This document shows positions 9,528-18,581 of a stretch of 24,000 bases of DNA, one piece after another. A model generated the notes under the pieces. That model saw only the letters and a program-made list of their open reading frames with translations. It searched no databases and was not told the DNA's origin. Source of the DNA: Pallidibacillus pasinlerensis (GTDB lineage: Bacteria; Bacillota; Bacilli; Bacillales; Caldibacillaceae); NCBI RefSeq assembly GCF_009996845.1, contig NZ_JAACYS010000015.1:24474-48473 (forward strand). Reading direction: 5' to 3'. The translations under genes and the position numbers were made by a program. Each line of letters begins with the position of its first letter. Position 1 is the first letter of the stretch.

Positions 9528-9761
9528 ATGATTTCTAAGGAAAAATTAGCAAGAATTAATGAATTAGCAGCAAAAAAGAAAAGAGAAGGTCTAACTGAAG
9601 AAGAAGCAAAAGAACAGTCTCGGTTACGTAGTGAATATTTACAAAATGTTCGACAACAAGTATTAAATACAATTGAAAATGTAACAATCGTCGATACAAA
9701 AGGTAATGATGTTACACCTGAAAAAATCAAACAAATAAAATTGCGTAAAAAGAACCACTGA
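9528..9761 (+). CDS. ynzC: UPF0291/DUF896 protein YnzC
   Basis: 77 aa with RBS aagagg. MISKEKLARINELAAKKKREGLTEEEAKEQSRLRSEYL is the typical DUF896 helical hairpin, and the gene sits in its conserved position after yneB. Confidence 0.85.
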   Translation: MISKEKLARINELAAKKKREGLTEEEAKEQSRLRSEYLQNVRQQVLNTIENVTIVDTKGNDVTPEKIKQIKLRKKNH

Positions 9762-9820
9762 ACGGTAAACGTATAATAATTATACTTCATTTAAACTCCA
9801 GTTTTATAGCAAAGTACTGT

Positions 9821-9827
9821 TTCGACA
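9821..9827. promoter_or_regulatory. Candidate Spo0A box upstream of sirA
   Basis: TTCGACA is the exact reverse complement of the 0A-box core TGTCGAA. It lies about 107 nt upstream of the sirA ATG. A single 7-mer is weak evidence on its own. Confidence 0.3.
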
Positions 9828-9933
9828 AAGATAGACCTTATTTTCACAATAATATGACATAAATTTTAACCCTTTTCATATACAATATAAAGAATAATAG
9901 GAAATATGAGTAAATTGAGAAGGGGTTGTGAAA

Positions 9934-10368
9934 ATGAGGAGATACGATTTGTATATTATAGATGAGCAATTTATAAACTATTATTACGGTCGGGAACGGA
10001 TTTTTTATAATTTATTTAAGGAATATAATGAAGCCAACCTTCCGTTGAAAAAATTACTTGCTAAACAAATCAATTATATAACAAAATCAATGCCAACCCT
10101 AAGACTTCATAAACGATTAAGTGAACAATTAAGTAAACATAAAGATTATTATATGAAAGATGGAGTATATTGTTTAGAAAGCGGGACAAGCTCAGCTCGT
10201 TTAATGATAGAAGATAGAAAATGTATCTTATATGCCACAGGGAATATTCATGCTGAAATGCTCTTTTTTGAAGTACTACGAAAAACGGATTTAAACTTTT
10301 TAGCTGTTGATATTAAAAACGAACGTTTTGGATGGATTAAGCCAATGAAAGAGAAGCATTATATATAA
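9934..10368 (+). CDS. sirA: Sporulation inhibitor of replication protein SirA (YneE)
   Basis: ATG 9934 lies 8 nt after gaagggg. The 144-aa product resembles B. subtilis SirA as I recall it (YGRE..F..F, FFEVLRK, FLAVD...RFGWIKPMKEK), and synteny places it between ynzC and yneF. Confidence 0.8.
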   Translation: MRRYDLYIIDEQFINYYYGRERIFYNLFKEYNEANLPLKKLLAKQINYITKSMPTLRLHKRLSEQLSKHKDYYMKDGVYCLESGTSSARLMIEDRKCILYATGNIHAEMLFFEVLRKTDLNFLAVDIKNERFGWIKPMKEKHYI

Positions 10369-10383
10369 GAGGGAATTGATCTT

Positions 10384-10415
10384 TTGGAATCAATTTTGAT
10401 TCCAATATTCTTTTC
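10384..10415 (+). terminator. Intrinsic terminator after sirA
   Basis: A perfect 9-bp stem ttggaatca (10384-10392) pairs with tgattccaa (10397-10405) around a 4-nt loop, followed by a T-rich tail. Confidence 0.7.
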
Positions 10416-10546
10416 TAAATCGAAATTTGTAAAATATACTTGATAAAAATGAAATAAAATGGAAAAATAGTTTATGTTGTCGTATTGTAAAAATTACATA
10501 CGTTTAGTAAACTGTTTTATAGACAACATGAAGGAGGATAAAAGTT

Positions 10547-10765
10547 ATGCCGTGGTGGGGATATTTACTAATTGTTATTGCGTTACTCGGTGGTATTGCC
10601 ATCGGATTTTTCTTAGCACGTAAATACATGATGGACTACTTAAAGAAAAATCCACCAATCAATGAACAAATGATCCGAGTTATGATGATGCAAATGGGTC
10701 AAAAACCATCCCAGAAGAAAATTAATCAAATGATGAATATGATTAATAAGCAACAACAAAAATAA
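10547..10765 (+). CDS. yneF: UPF0154 small membrane protein YneF
   Basis: 72 aa with RBS aaggagg. It has an N-terminal TM helix followed by [40 protein letters not shown], which is typical of UPF0154. Confidence 0.85.
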   Translation: MPWWGYLLIVIALLGGIAIGFFLARKYMMDYLKKNPPINEQMIRVMMMQMGQKPSQKKINQMMNMINKQQQK

Positions 10766-10865
10766 TTACTAAATTTGTAACAACTATCTAAATCATAATT
10801 CATTATCCTAACATAGGGATAGCCTTATGTTTAATTGAATAAATGATTAGGTGAATAAAAAGCAA

Positions 10866-10923
10866 AATGATCACTTCATCCGTATTATGTTTACATAGTA
10901 GTCGGAAGGTGGTCATTTTTTTT
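10866..10923 (+). terminator. Probable terminator after yneF
   Basis: aatgatcacttc (10866-10877) pairs with gaaggtggtcatt (10905-10917), with one bulge and one G-U pair, followed by a T-run ending at 10923. The loop is large (27 nt). Confidence 0.5.
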
Positions 10924-10994
10924 ACATAATTAAATAAAATAAAAATATGTTATTTTGTATTAACTATATGGGTTTGCTATAAATTTATAAATCT

Positions 10995-11023
10995 TTGCCA
11001 ATAATATAAAAATTTGGTAAACT
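10995..11023 (+). promoter_or_regulatory. Candidate sigma-A promoter of the ABC exporter operon
   Basis: TTGCCA (10995-11000), a 17-nt spacer, then TGgTAAACT (extended -10, hexamer at 11018-11023). Confidence 0.4.
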
Positions 11024-11082
11024 AATATAGTTCGAGAATCGAATAATTCGATATTTTTTTATTGTTAGTTTGGAGGATGGAC

Positions 11083-12831
11083 ATGAAGGTCTTTCGAGAT
11101 TTAGCTTGGTTTTTCAAACAAGAGAAAAAAGCGTACTTATCTGGAATATTTATGTTATTTTTAGTTGCGATTTTACAACTTTTACCTCCCCGGGTAATTG
11201 GTATTGTCGCTGATGAAATCGGAGCTCGGACACTTACTTTGGGGAAACTAGGTTTATGGATTGCTGTTTTAATAGTTGCAGGATTACTTATGTATGTATT
11301 TCGCTACTATTGGCGAATTTATATTTTTGGTGCATCGGTAAAATTAGCAAGAATTCTAAGGACACGTCTTTATGAGCATTTTACAAAGATGTCTTCTCAT
11401 TTTTACCAAAGAAAGCGAATTGGAGACTTAATGGCTCATGCTACAAATGATATTCAAGCTATTCAACAAACAGCAGGATCCGGAGTTTTAACTTTAGTAG
11501 ATTCATTACTAACAGGTGGATTTGTCATTATCGCAATGGCTACGACCATTAGTTGGAAATTGACTTTGATTGCTCTTCTACCTATGCCAATCATTGCCCT
11601 TTTAACAAACTGGTACGGAACAAAATTACATGCTCGCTTTAAAAAGGCACAAGAGGCCTTTTCCTTTTTAAATGATAAAACCCAAGAAAGTATATCTGGA
11701 ATTAAAGTTATAAAAACCTTTGGCCAAGAAAAGGAAGATATAAATGACTTTAAAAAACTTTCCGATGAAGTCGTTGAAAAAAATATTGCCGTTGCTAAAG
11801 TAGATTCTTTATATGATCCTACAATATCGGCTTGTGTCGGTATATCTTTCTTTCTATCAATTGGTTTTGGCGCAAAGTTTGTTTTAGACGGTAGTATTAC
11901 GCTAGGGGATCTAATTGCTTTTAATACATATTTAGGTTTACTCATTTGGCCAATGCTTGCCTTTGGTTGGTTTTTCAATATTGTTGAACGTGGGAGTGCG
12001 TCATACGATCGGGTAAGTCGACTTTTAAATGAAAAAATTGACATAAAAGATCATGAACATGCCATTATTGAAAGTCCTAAAGGTAATATTGAAGTAAATA
12101 TTGCAAAATTCTGTTACCCGGATAATGAAAAGACAGTTTTAAAAAATATTAAGTTTACTTTAGGACAGGGGAAAACCCTAGGAATTGTTGGAAAAACAGG
12201 GGCAGGGAAAACAAGTTTATTAAAACTTCTGTTACGTGAATTTGAAGGTTATGAAGGTGAGATTCGAATTGGTGGCAAAGAAATAAAAGAGTATCGTTTA
12301 AATGCCTTAAGAAAAGCTTTTGGCTATGTACCACAAGAGCATTTTCTATTCTCTGCTAGTATCAAAGAGAATATTGCCTTTGCGAAGCCAGATGCATCGG
12401 AAGAGGAGATCCATTTAGCTGCTAAAATCGCGGCAGTCCATGATGATATTTTAGGCTTTGCAGAAGGTTATGATACGGTTGTTGGTGAGCGTGGTGTAAG
12501 TTTATCTGGAGGACAAAAACAGCGAATTTCAATTGCTCGAGCAATTCTATTAAACCCTGAAATATTAATTTTAGATGACTCGTTATCTGCCGTTGATGCG
12601 AAAACAGAGGAAACAATACTTGCTTCTCTGAAAGAAAATCGTCAAGGGAAAACGACGATCATTACTGCTCACAGACTTAGTGCCATTCAGCATGCAGATT
12701 TAATCATCGTTTTAGATGAGGGGAAAATTGCCCAACAAGGTGTGCATAAAACATTGATGAAGGAAGATGGTTGGTATAAAGATATGTATCTTCATCAACA
12801 ACTTGAGGCACTTGTAGAACATGGAGGGTAA
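11083..12831 (+). CDS. ABC exporter permease/ATPase fusion, subunit with degenerate catalytic site (heterodimeric multidrug-type exporter)
   Basis: An N-terminal 6-TM domain is fused to an NBD with Walker A GKTGAGKTS, signature LSGGQKQR and H-loop AHRLS. Walker B is ILILDD, with Asp replacing the catalytic Glu. The start is probably ATG 11083 after ggagga; the ORF track begins at TTG 11062. Confidence 0.85.
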   Translation: MKVFRDLAWFFKQEKKAYLSGIFMLFLVAILQLLPPRVIGIVADEIGARTLTLGKLGLWIAVLIVAGLLMYVFRYYWRIYIFGASVKLARILRTRLYEHFTKMSSHFYQRKRIGDLMAHATNDIQAIQQTAGSGVLTLVDSLLTGGFVIIAMATTISWKLTLIALLPMPIIALLTNWYGTKLHARFKKAQEAFSFLNDKTQESISGIKVIKTFGQEKEDINDFKKLSDEVVEKNIAVAKVDSLYDPTISACVGISFFLSIGFGAKFVLDGSITLGDLIAFNTYLGLLIWPMLAFGWFFNIVERGSASYDRVSRLLNEKIDIKDHEHAIIESPKGNIEVNIAKFCYPDNEKTVLKNIKFTLGQGKTLGIVGKTGAGKTSLLKLLLREFEGYEGEIRIGGKEIKEYRLNALRKAFGYVPQEHFLFSASIKENIAFAKPDASEEEIHLAAKIAAVHDDILGFAEGYDTVVGERGVSLSGGQKQRISIARAILLNPEILILDDSLSAVDAKTEETILASLKENRQGKTTIITAHRLSAIQHADLIIVLDEGKIAQQGVHKTLMKEDGWYKDMYLHQQLEALVEHGG

Positions 12832-12837
12832 TTATAG

Positions 12838-14640
12838 ATGGATGAAATTAGAGTTCTTAGTTCGAAAGAGCAAAGAAAGGTTATGTTTCGCTTAATTAAA
12901 TATGCGAAACCACATATTAAACCAATTATCTTTGCCTTTCTCTTATTATGTTTAGTTACGGTTGGAGAAGTAACTGGCCCAATTTTAATTAAAATTTTTA
13001 TTGATGACTATATAGCAAAAAATAATATTGTAGCAGGACCAATCATTACTTTAGCAGTAATTTATCTGTTTATACAAATAGCAAACGCTTTTTTAATGTA
13101 TTTACAGTCATTAAAATTTCAAGAAATAGCGTTAAAAATTATCCAACAACTGCGGATTGATGTTTTTTCAAAGGTTCAAGCTTTAGGTTTACGGTATTTT
13201 GATAAAACACCTGTTGGAACAATCGTTTCCCGTGTAACGAATGATACGGAAGCAATAAAAGAAATGTTTGTTAGTGTCCTAGCAATCTTTATTCAAAGCT
13301 TTTTCCTATTCATTGGTATTTTTGCTGCGATGTTCATTCTTGATGTTAAATTAGCAGCTCTTTGTTTACTTTTTTTACCTGTCTTAATTTGGATAATTCA
13401 TATGTATCGGAAATTAAGTTCTAAATCTTTCTCAGCATTAAGAGAACTGATTGGACAATTAAATGCGAAGTTAAATGAGTCATTACAAGGTATGTCGATT
13501 ATTCAAGTTTTTCGCCAAGAACAGCGGATGAGTAAAGAATTTAATGATCTTAATAGTCGCCATTATGATGCAGGGATTCACAATATTAAAATTAACGGGT
13601 TATTACTTCGTCCTGCCGTTGATTTAGTACATATTGTAGCAATCATCATTGTGTTAAGCTTTTTTGGAATTACTTCTATGGAAACGACAATTGAAATTGG
13701 AGTTTTATATGCTTTTGTAAACTATATTTCTCGATTTTTTGAACCAGTAAACCAAGTGATGCAGCAATTAACATTTTTCCAACAAGCAATTGTTTCTTCT
13801 GCAAGGGTGTTTAAATTATTAGATGAAAAAGAATTAGCACCCCAACAAAAAAATGATCCACAAGCAGTTATTCAAGATGGAAAAATTGAATTTCGTAATG
13901 TAACTTTTTCCTATGACGGAAAGCAAGATGTTTTGAAAAATATTACTTTTACTGCTAATCCTGGAGAAACCGTTGCATTAGTTGGTCATACTGGAAGTGG
14001 AAAAAGTTCGATTATCAACATATTGATGAGATTTTATGAGTTTGAACATGGAGATATTTTAATTGATGGTAAGTCTATTAAAGATTATGATATTAATGAA
14101 TTGAGAGACAATATGGGACTCGTCTTACAGGATTCATTCCTGTTTTATGGAACAATTAAAGACAATATAAGACTTCATAATTTAAATATTTCCGATGAAG
14201 ATATTAAAGAAGCAGCTAAGTTCGTGCAAGCTGATAAATTTATTGAAAAGCTGCCAGATGGATATAATCAACAAGTGACCGAAAGAGGATCGACTTTCTC
14301 TAGTGGTCAGCGTCAATTATTAGCATTTGCTCGAACGATGGCAACAAATCCAAAAATATTAATTTTAGACGAAGCAACTGCAAATATTGATACGGAAACA
14401 GAAGAGATGATTCAACAAGCTCTTGAAAAAATGAGGGAGGGTAGAACAACAATTGTAATCGCCCACCGATTATCAACGATTCAAGATGCTGATTTAATTC
14501 TCGTCTTACATAAAGGGGAAATTGTTGAGCGAGGAAATCACCAACAATTACTTGCTGAAAAAGGTTTATATTATAAAATGTATTTATTACAAAATGGTTT
14601 GGCGGAAAATATTGCTGAAGTTGTTCAACATAAGGTGTAA
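12838..14640 (+). CDS. ABC exporter permease/ATPase fusion, consensus-site subunit (partner of 11083..12831)
   Basis: A TMD is fused to an NBD with Walker A GHTGSGKSS and Walker B ILILDEAT carrying the canonical Glu. The signature is non-canonical, FSSGQRQ. The start lies 6 nt after the upstream stop, with RBS ggaggg. Confidence 0.85.
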   Translation: MDEIRVLSSKEQRKVMFRLIKYAKPHIKPIIFAFLLLCLVTVGEVTGPILIKIFIDDYIAKNNIVAGPIITLAVIYLFIQIANAFLMYLQSLKFQEIALKIIQQLRIDVFSKVQALGLRYFDKTPVGTIVSRVTNDTEAIKEMFVSVLAIFIQSFFLFIGIFAAMFILDVKLAALCLLFLPVLIWIIHMYRKLSSKSFSALRELIGQLNAKLNESLQGMSIIQVFRQEQRMSKEFNDLNSRHYDAGIHNIKINGLLLRPAVDLVHIVAIIIVLSFFGITSMETTIEIGVLYAFVNYISRFFEPVNQVMQQLTFFQQAIVSSARVFKLLDEKELAPQQKNDPQAVIQDGKIEFRNVTFSYDGKQDVLKNITFTANPGETVALVGHTGSGKSSIINILMRFYEFEHGDILIDGKSIKDYDINELRDNMGLVLQDSFLFYGTIKDNIRLHNLNISDEDIKEAAKFVQADKFIEKLPDGYNQQVTERGSTFSSGQRQLLAFARTMATNPKILILDEATANIDTETEEMIQQALEKMREGRTTIVIAHRLSTIQDADLILVLHKGEIVERGNHQQLLAEKGLYYKMYLLQNGLAENIAEVVQHKV

Positions 14641-14806
14641 ATCCGTTTGGATAGCTAGTACATTATAAAGTAAAACAAGTGTTATATTTTAAATTAATTT
14701 GGTACAATAAAATCAATAATTACTAATTCTGAATTTCTAACTTATTTTTTCATAAATTTCCAGATCAGTCAGCATGAATAAAAAAGCCTTATTAGGAGGT
14801 ATTTTG

Positions 14807-15514
14807 TTGACGGATATTAATATATATTTAGCATTTGGTGCTGGCGTTTTAAGTTTTATTTCACCTTGTGTGCTACCGATTTATCCAGCCTTTTTGTCTT
14901 ATATTACAGGGATGAGTATCGGGGAATTGAAAGAGGAGAATATTCAACTTAAACGAAGAAGCTTATTACATACTATTTCATTTCTTTTAGGTTTTTCAAT
15001 AGTTTTTGTAGTATTAGGTTTAAGTACTACTTATGTATATAGCCTGTTTGTCCAAAATATGGATCTCATCAGACAAATAGGTGCCATTTTTATTATTTTA
15101 TTCGGGTTAATTACAGCAGGTATATTTACCCCAAGTTTATTAATGAGAGAAAAACGGTTTGAATTTAAAAATAAACCATCTGGTTATTTTGGTTCTGCAC
15201 TAGTTGGTTTAACATTTGCAGCCGGTTGGACACCGTGTATGGGTCCTATTTTAGGTGCAGTTATTGCCTTATCAGCCTCATATCCTACTGCTGGGTTTGT
15301 TTATATGACAGCCTATGTGTTAGGATTTGCCATCCCTTTTTTAGTAATGTCGTTTTTTATCGGAAAATTGTCATGGATCCGCAAACATAATGTATTAATG
15401 ATGAAAATTGGCGGATATTTAATGATTGCGACCGGTATTCTATTATTCTTTGATTTAATGAACGTCTTTATCAGCTGGTTAACAGTTCTTTCCGGTGGAT
15501 TTCAAGGATTTTGA
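14807..15514 (+). CDS. ccdA: Cytochrome c biogenesis thiol-disulfide transporter CcdA
   Basis: TTG 14807 lies 7 nt after aggagg (14794-14799), giving 235 aa, the B. subtilis CcdA length as I recall it. It is polytopic, with the two conserved Cys motifs SPCVLP and TPCMGP. Confidence 0.85.
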   Translation: MTDINIYLAFGAGVLSFISPCVLPIYPAFLSYITGMSIGELKEENIQLKRRSLLHTISFLLGFSIVFVVLGLSTTYVYSLFVQNMDLIRQIGAIFIILFGLITAGIFTPSLLMREKRFEFKNKPSGYFGSALVGLTFAAGWTPCMGPILGAVIALSASYPTAGFVYMTAYVLGFAIPFLVMSFFIGKLSWIRKHNVLMMKIGGYLMIATGILLFFDLMNVFISWLTVLSGGFQGF

Positions 15515-15537
15515 GCTTTCTAGAGGAGGATATTATC

Positions 15538-15900
15538 GTGGGAAATGTTTTAGTAGTTGATGATGCAAAGTTTTTACGATTGACCATTGCAAAAGCGATT
15601 GAAAAAACGGAACATAAAGTTATTGGAGAGGCTGAAAACGGAAAAGAAGCAGTGTTAAAGTATTTAGAATTAAAGCCTGATTTAGTAATTATGGATATTA
15701 CAATGCCGGATATGAACGGGATAGAGGCAGTTAAACAAATAAAGCAAAACGATCCAAATGCGAAAATTATTATGTGTTCTGCTATGGGGCAACATAAAAT
15801 GGTTGTTGATGCAATAGAAGCTGGAGCGAAAGATTTTATTGTGAAACCATTTGATGAAGGACGACTGATTGAAGCGATAGAAAAAAATATAGAAGACTAA
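15538..15900 (+). CDS. yneI: Single-domain CheY-like response regulator CcdB/YneI
   Basis: GTG 15538 follows gaggagga, giving 120 aa. Receiver motifs are VLVVDD, DLVIMDITMPDMNG and KDFIVKPF. The gene follows ccdA directly, as in B. subtilis. Confidence 0.8.
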   Translation: MGNVLVVDDAKFLRLTIAKAIEKTEHKVIGEAENGKEAVLKYLELKPDLVIMDITMPDMNGIEAVKQIKQNDPNAKIIMCSAMGQHKMVVDAIEAGAKDFIVKPFDEGRLIEAIEKNIED

Positions 15901-15906
15901 ATAAAT

Positions 15907-15949
15907 GAGGTTATCCTAAAATGATAGTTTAAAGGATAACCTCTTTTTT
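15907..15949. terminator. Terminator between convergent yneI and the yneK-like gene
   Basis: A 10-bp stem gaggttatcc (15907-15916) pairs with ggataacctc (15934-15943), followed by tttttt. Confidence 0.8.
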
Positions 15950-16376
15950 ATTGAAAGAGATGTTCATATTGGTCGATATTTATATTCATTTCATGAAGTT
16001 TTTTTCTTAAAAATTTATGATCACGTTTAGGTGTGGCAATTATATATCCTTTTATAATAATATCATTTGTAATTTTAGCTGCTTTCTCTTTTAAGGCAAT
16101 TTCCCCGATTTTCCCTTGAATTTTTTGACGGGCAACATCACGAAACGGTTTCGGTACAGGTGACACTAACTCTTCTAGCAAAGAAAGTGTATTCCTATCC
16201 CATAGATCTTTCGTTTTTTCAACATAATAAATTTCCCAATCTAAATCCGATTTACCGTCTTTTTTCGGAAGGCTTTTTAAAAATTTTCGAAACATAAAAA
16301 AGCCACCGATTCCAAGTAAGGTTGGAAGTAAAATTATCCATAAAAGGATAAACCATTGAAACCATTCGTCCAGCAT
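15948..16376 (-). CDS. yneK: DUF2621-type membrane-anchored protein (YneK-like)
   Basis: 142 aa with an N-terminal TM helix (WFILLWIILLPTLLGIGGFFMF) and a conserved-looking soluble part (LVSPVPKPFRDVARQKIQGKIGE..ATPKRDHKF). Position and orientation match B. subtilis yneK. The family name comes from memory. Confidence 0.6.
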   Translation of the reverse strand: MLDEWFQWFILLWIILLPTLLGIGGFFMFRKFLKSLPKKDGKSDLDWEIYYVEKTKDLWDRNTLSLLEELVSPVPKPFRDVARQKIQGKIGEIALKEKAAKITNDIIIKGYIIATPKRDHKFLRKKLHEMNINIDQYEHLFQ

Positions 16377-16573
16377 AAAATCCCCCCTAAACTAAAATCC
16401 AATCGAAATAAATATAATTTTAAAAATATTCAAATCCATTATATCAAATATTAATATTTTGGAAAATAATCTAGTCAACTATGTGTTTTTTCTAGTTTTT
16501 TGATAGAAGCATATTATTATAAAAATTGTTTTATGGGTGTTACGATTAAAGAAAAAAATGAGGAGGTGCGATT

Positions 16574-17387
16574 TTGGTAAATAAAATTGGCCTAGATGCA
16601 GGTGGAACATTATTAAAAATGGTTTATTACGAATCTGGACATATGCATTATAAAAAGTATCAAATTTCCGAGATGGAAAAGCTAACAAACTGGTTAAACA
16701 TTGTTCATAGACAAGGAACAGTTTTTATTACTGGTGGTAGGGCGAAACTTTTACAAGAAAAATTAATGCTAAGGTCTTTTCTCGTCAATGAATTCCAAGC
16801 AATTGTTGAAGGCTCAAAAAGACTATTAGAAGAAGAAAAGGGTATAATGAATGAGGGATATATTTTAATAAATATCGGTACTGGAACTTCGATTTTTCAT
16901 GTATCACCGAATCATTTTGAACGAATAACGGGAACCGGAATGGGTGGCGGGACATTTATCGGTTTAGGTACACTTTTAGCAAAAAATAGCAATTATTCAT
17001 TTTTAATCGATCAAGCTAATAAAGGTGACCGCTCAAAAATCGACTTACTTGTAAAAGATATTTACACGAAGGATCAACCTCCACTTATTGGTGACTTAAC
17101 AGCTGCTAATTTTGGGAAAGTAAATAAAAATGGAGATTTTCCGAATAGAGGACCAATTGGCAGGGCTTATCCAGATGATTGCAGAAAATATTATGTTACT
17201 CGCCATTGAAGCGGCAAAACAAAAAAACGTGAAAAAGATTGTTTTTATCGGTGGTATGTTAGAAGGAAATAAATTGTTAACACAAAATTTGGAGCGGTTT
17301 ACGCCTTTAATGAGTCTTGAACCAATATTTTTATCAAATGGCATCTATACCGGTGCAATTGGTGCATTAAATAGTAACATTGACTAA
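16574..17387 (+). pseudogene. coaW: Type II (CoaW-like) pantothenate kinase homologue interrupted by a +1 frameshift
   Basis: TTG 16574 lies 7 nt after aggagg. The N-terminus NKIGLDAGGTLLK, then GTGTS and GTGMGGGTF, are ASKHA/type II PanK motifs. The frame breaks at about 17147 (ccg aat A gag gac). Removing one base gives ...ANFGKVNKNGDFPNEDQLAGLIQMIAE...NGIYTGAIGAL, which lines up with S. aureus type II PanK as I recall it. Confidence 0.75.
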
Positions 17388-17486
17388 CCATTAGGTATTC
17401 ACCTATTTATTCAACTCCCCATATAATTTAAAAGGGACTTTTTTAACAAGAGCAGAACATCTTTTCATCCTTTAAGGAGTGGTATT

Positions 17487-18581
17487 TTGAAAAAGGAAAT
17501 CCGTTACTTTGCCGGTGGTAATACAGCAAAAGGTTTTGTTGAATTTTTTGATTCGAATTTTCAAGATTTAGAGCGTTTATATATTTTAAAAGGGGGACCA
17601 GGTACAGGTAAGTCATCCTTAATTAAATCAATTGGTAACGAATGGGGAGAAAAAGGTTATTTTATCGAATGGATTCATTGTTCATCAGATCCTGACTCAA
17701 TCGATGCCATTATTTTACCTGAGTTAAAAGTCGGTATCGTTGATGGTACTAATCCCCATGTAATAGAACCGAAATATCCTGGTGTTGTAGATGATTATGT
17801 TAACTTAGGAATTGCTTGGGATCGAAACGAATTATTAGATCAAAAAGATGAAATTATTTCTCTTACAAATCAGGTGAAGGAAGGATTCAAAAAGGCTTAT
17901 GATAGTTTTGCCCAAGGTTTAGCTTTACATGATGAATTAGAGAAAATTTTTATTAATGAAATGGACTTTGATAAAGCAAATCAACTAGCAGAACATTGGA
18001 TTCAAAAATTAATCCTGAATGAGCAAAGGAGTTCGATAGGAAGCAGTAAAATATATAAACGATTTTTAGGTGCTACAACCCCAATTGGGCCTGTTGACTT
18101 TGTAGAAAACATAACTGAAGACTTAAATCGTTATTTCATTAAAGGAAGAGCGGGTAGTGGGAAATCCACAATGTTAAAAAAGATAGCGAAAGCCGCTAAT
18201 GAAAAGGGGTATGACGTGGAGGTTTATCATTGTGGCTTTGACCCTAATAGTCTAGATATGGTTGTTGTACGTGAATTGAATTTTTCCATTTTTGATAGCA
18301 CTGCTCCCCATGAATATTATCCGACGAAAGAATCGGATACAATTATTGATTTATATGAGTTGTTAATAACCCCGGGAACGGATGAAAAATATGCAAGTGA
18401 TATCAAGGACGCGACAGATAAATATAAAAGCAAATTGAAGGAAGGTATTCAACATTTAGCGAAAACGAAAGAAATTCGTGATCAACTGGAGCAAATTTAT
18501 ATTAAAGCAATGGACTTTAGTATTGTTGATAAAATTCGTGATCAAATTAACGAAGAAATGAAATCTATGATAAAAAAATAA
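17487..18581 (+). CDS. Uncharacterised ATPase with two tandem P-loop modules
   Basis: 364 aa starting at TTG after aaggag. Walker A GGPGTGKSS lies at residues 36-44 and a second, GRAGSGKST, at residues 220-228. Each is followed by EKGY..E..HC..DP.S.D....EL...I.D.T.PH...P, so the protein is an internal duplication. It may belong to a conserved Firmicute hypothetical-ATPase family; I have not verified this. Confidence 0.7.
   Translation: MKKEIRYFAGGNTAKGFVEFFDSNFQDLERLYILKGGPGTGKSSLIKSIGNEWGEKGYFIEWIHCSSDPDSIDAIILPELKVGIVDGTNPHVIEPKYPGVVDDYVNLGIAWDRNELLDQKDEIISLTNQVKEGFKKAYDSFAQGLALHDELEKIFINEMDFDKANQLAEHWIQKLILNEQRSSIGSSKIYKRFLGATTPIGPVDFVENITEDLNRYFIKGRAGSGKSTMLKKIAKAANEKGYDVEVYHCGFDPNSLDMVVVRELNFSIFDSTAPHEYYPTKESDTIIDLYELLITPGTDEKYASDIKDATDKYKSKLKEGIQHLAKTKEIRDQLEQIYIKAMDFSIVDKIRDQINEEMKSMIKK

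Noticed and set aside
10372-10405. Alternative hairpin after sirA, in which aattgat (10374-10380) pairs with atcaatt (10389-10395) and competes with the terminator stem.
   Set aside because: It is a 7-bp all-A/T helix set against a 9-bp terminator stem, located 3' of a stop codon with nothing downstream to regulate for 130 nt. It is most simply a by-product of the palindromic terminator sequence.
10766-11061. Search for a ynzD-like (Spo0E-family) small gene on either strand between yneF and the ABC operon.
   Set aside because: The only ORFs are a 38-codon minus-strand ORF and a 19-codon plus-strand ORF. Both lack an RBS, neither is Spo0E-like, and both overlap the predicted yneF terminator hairpin.
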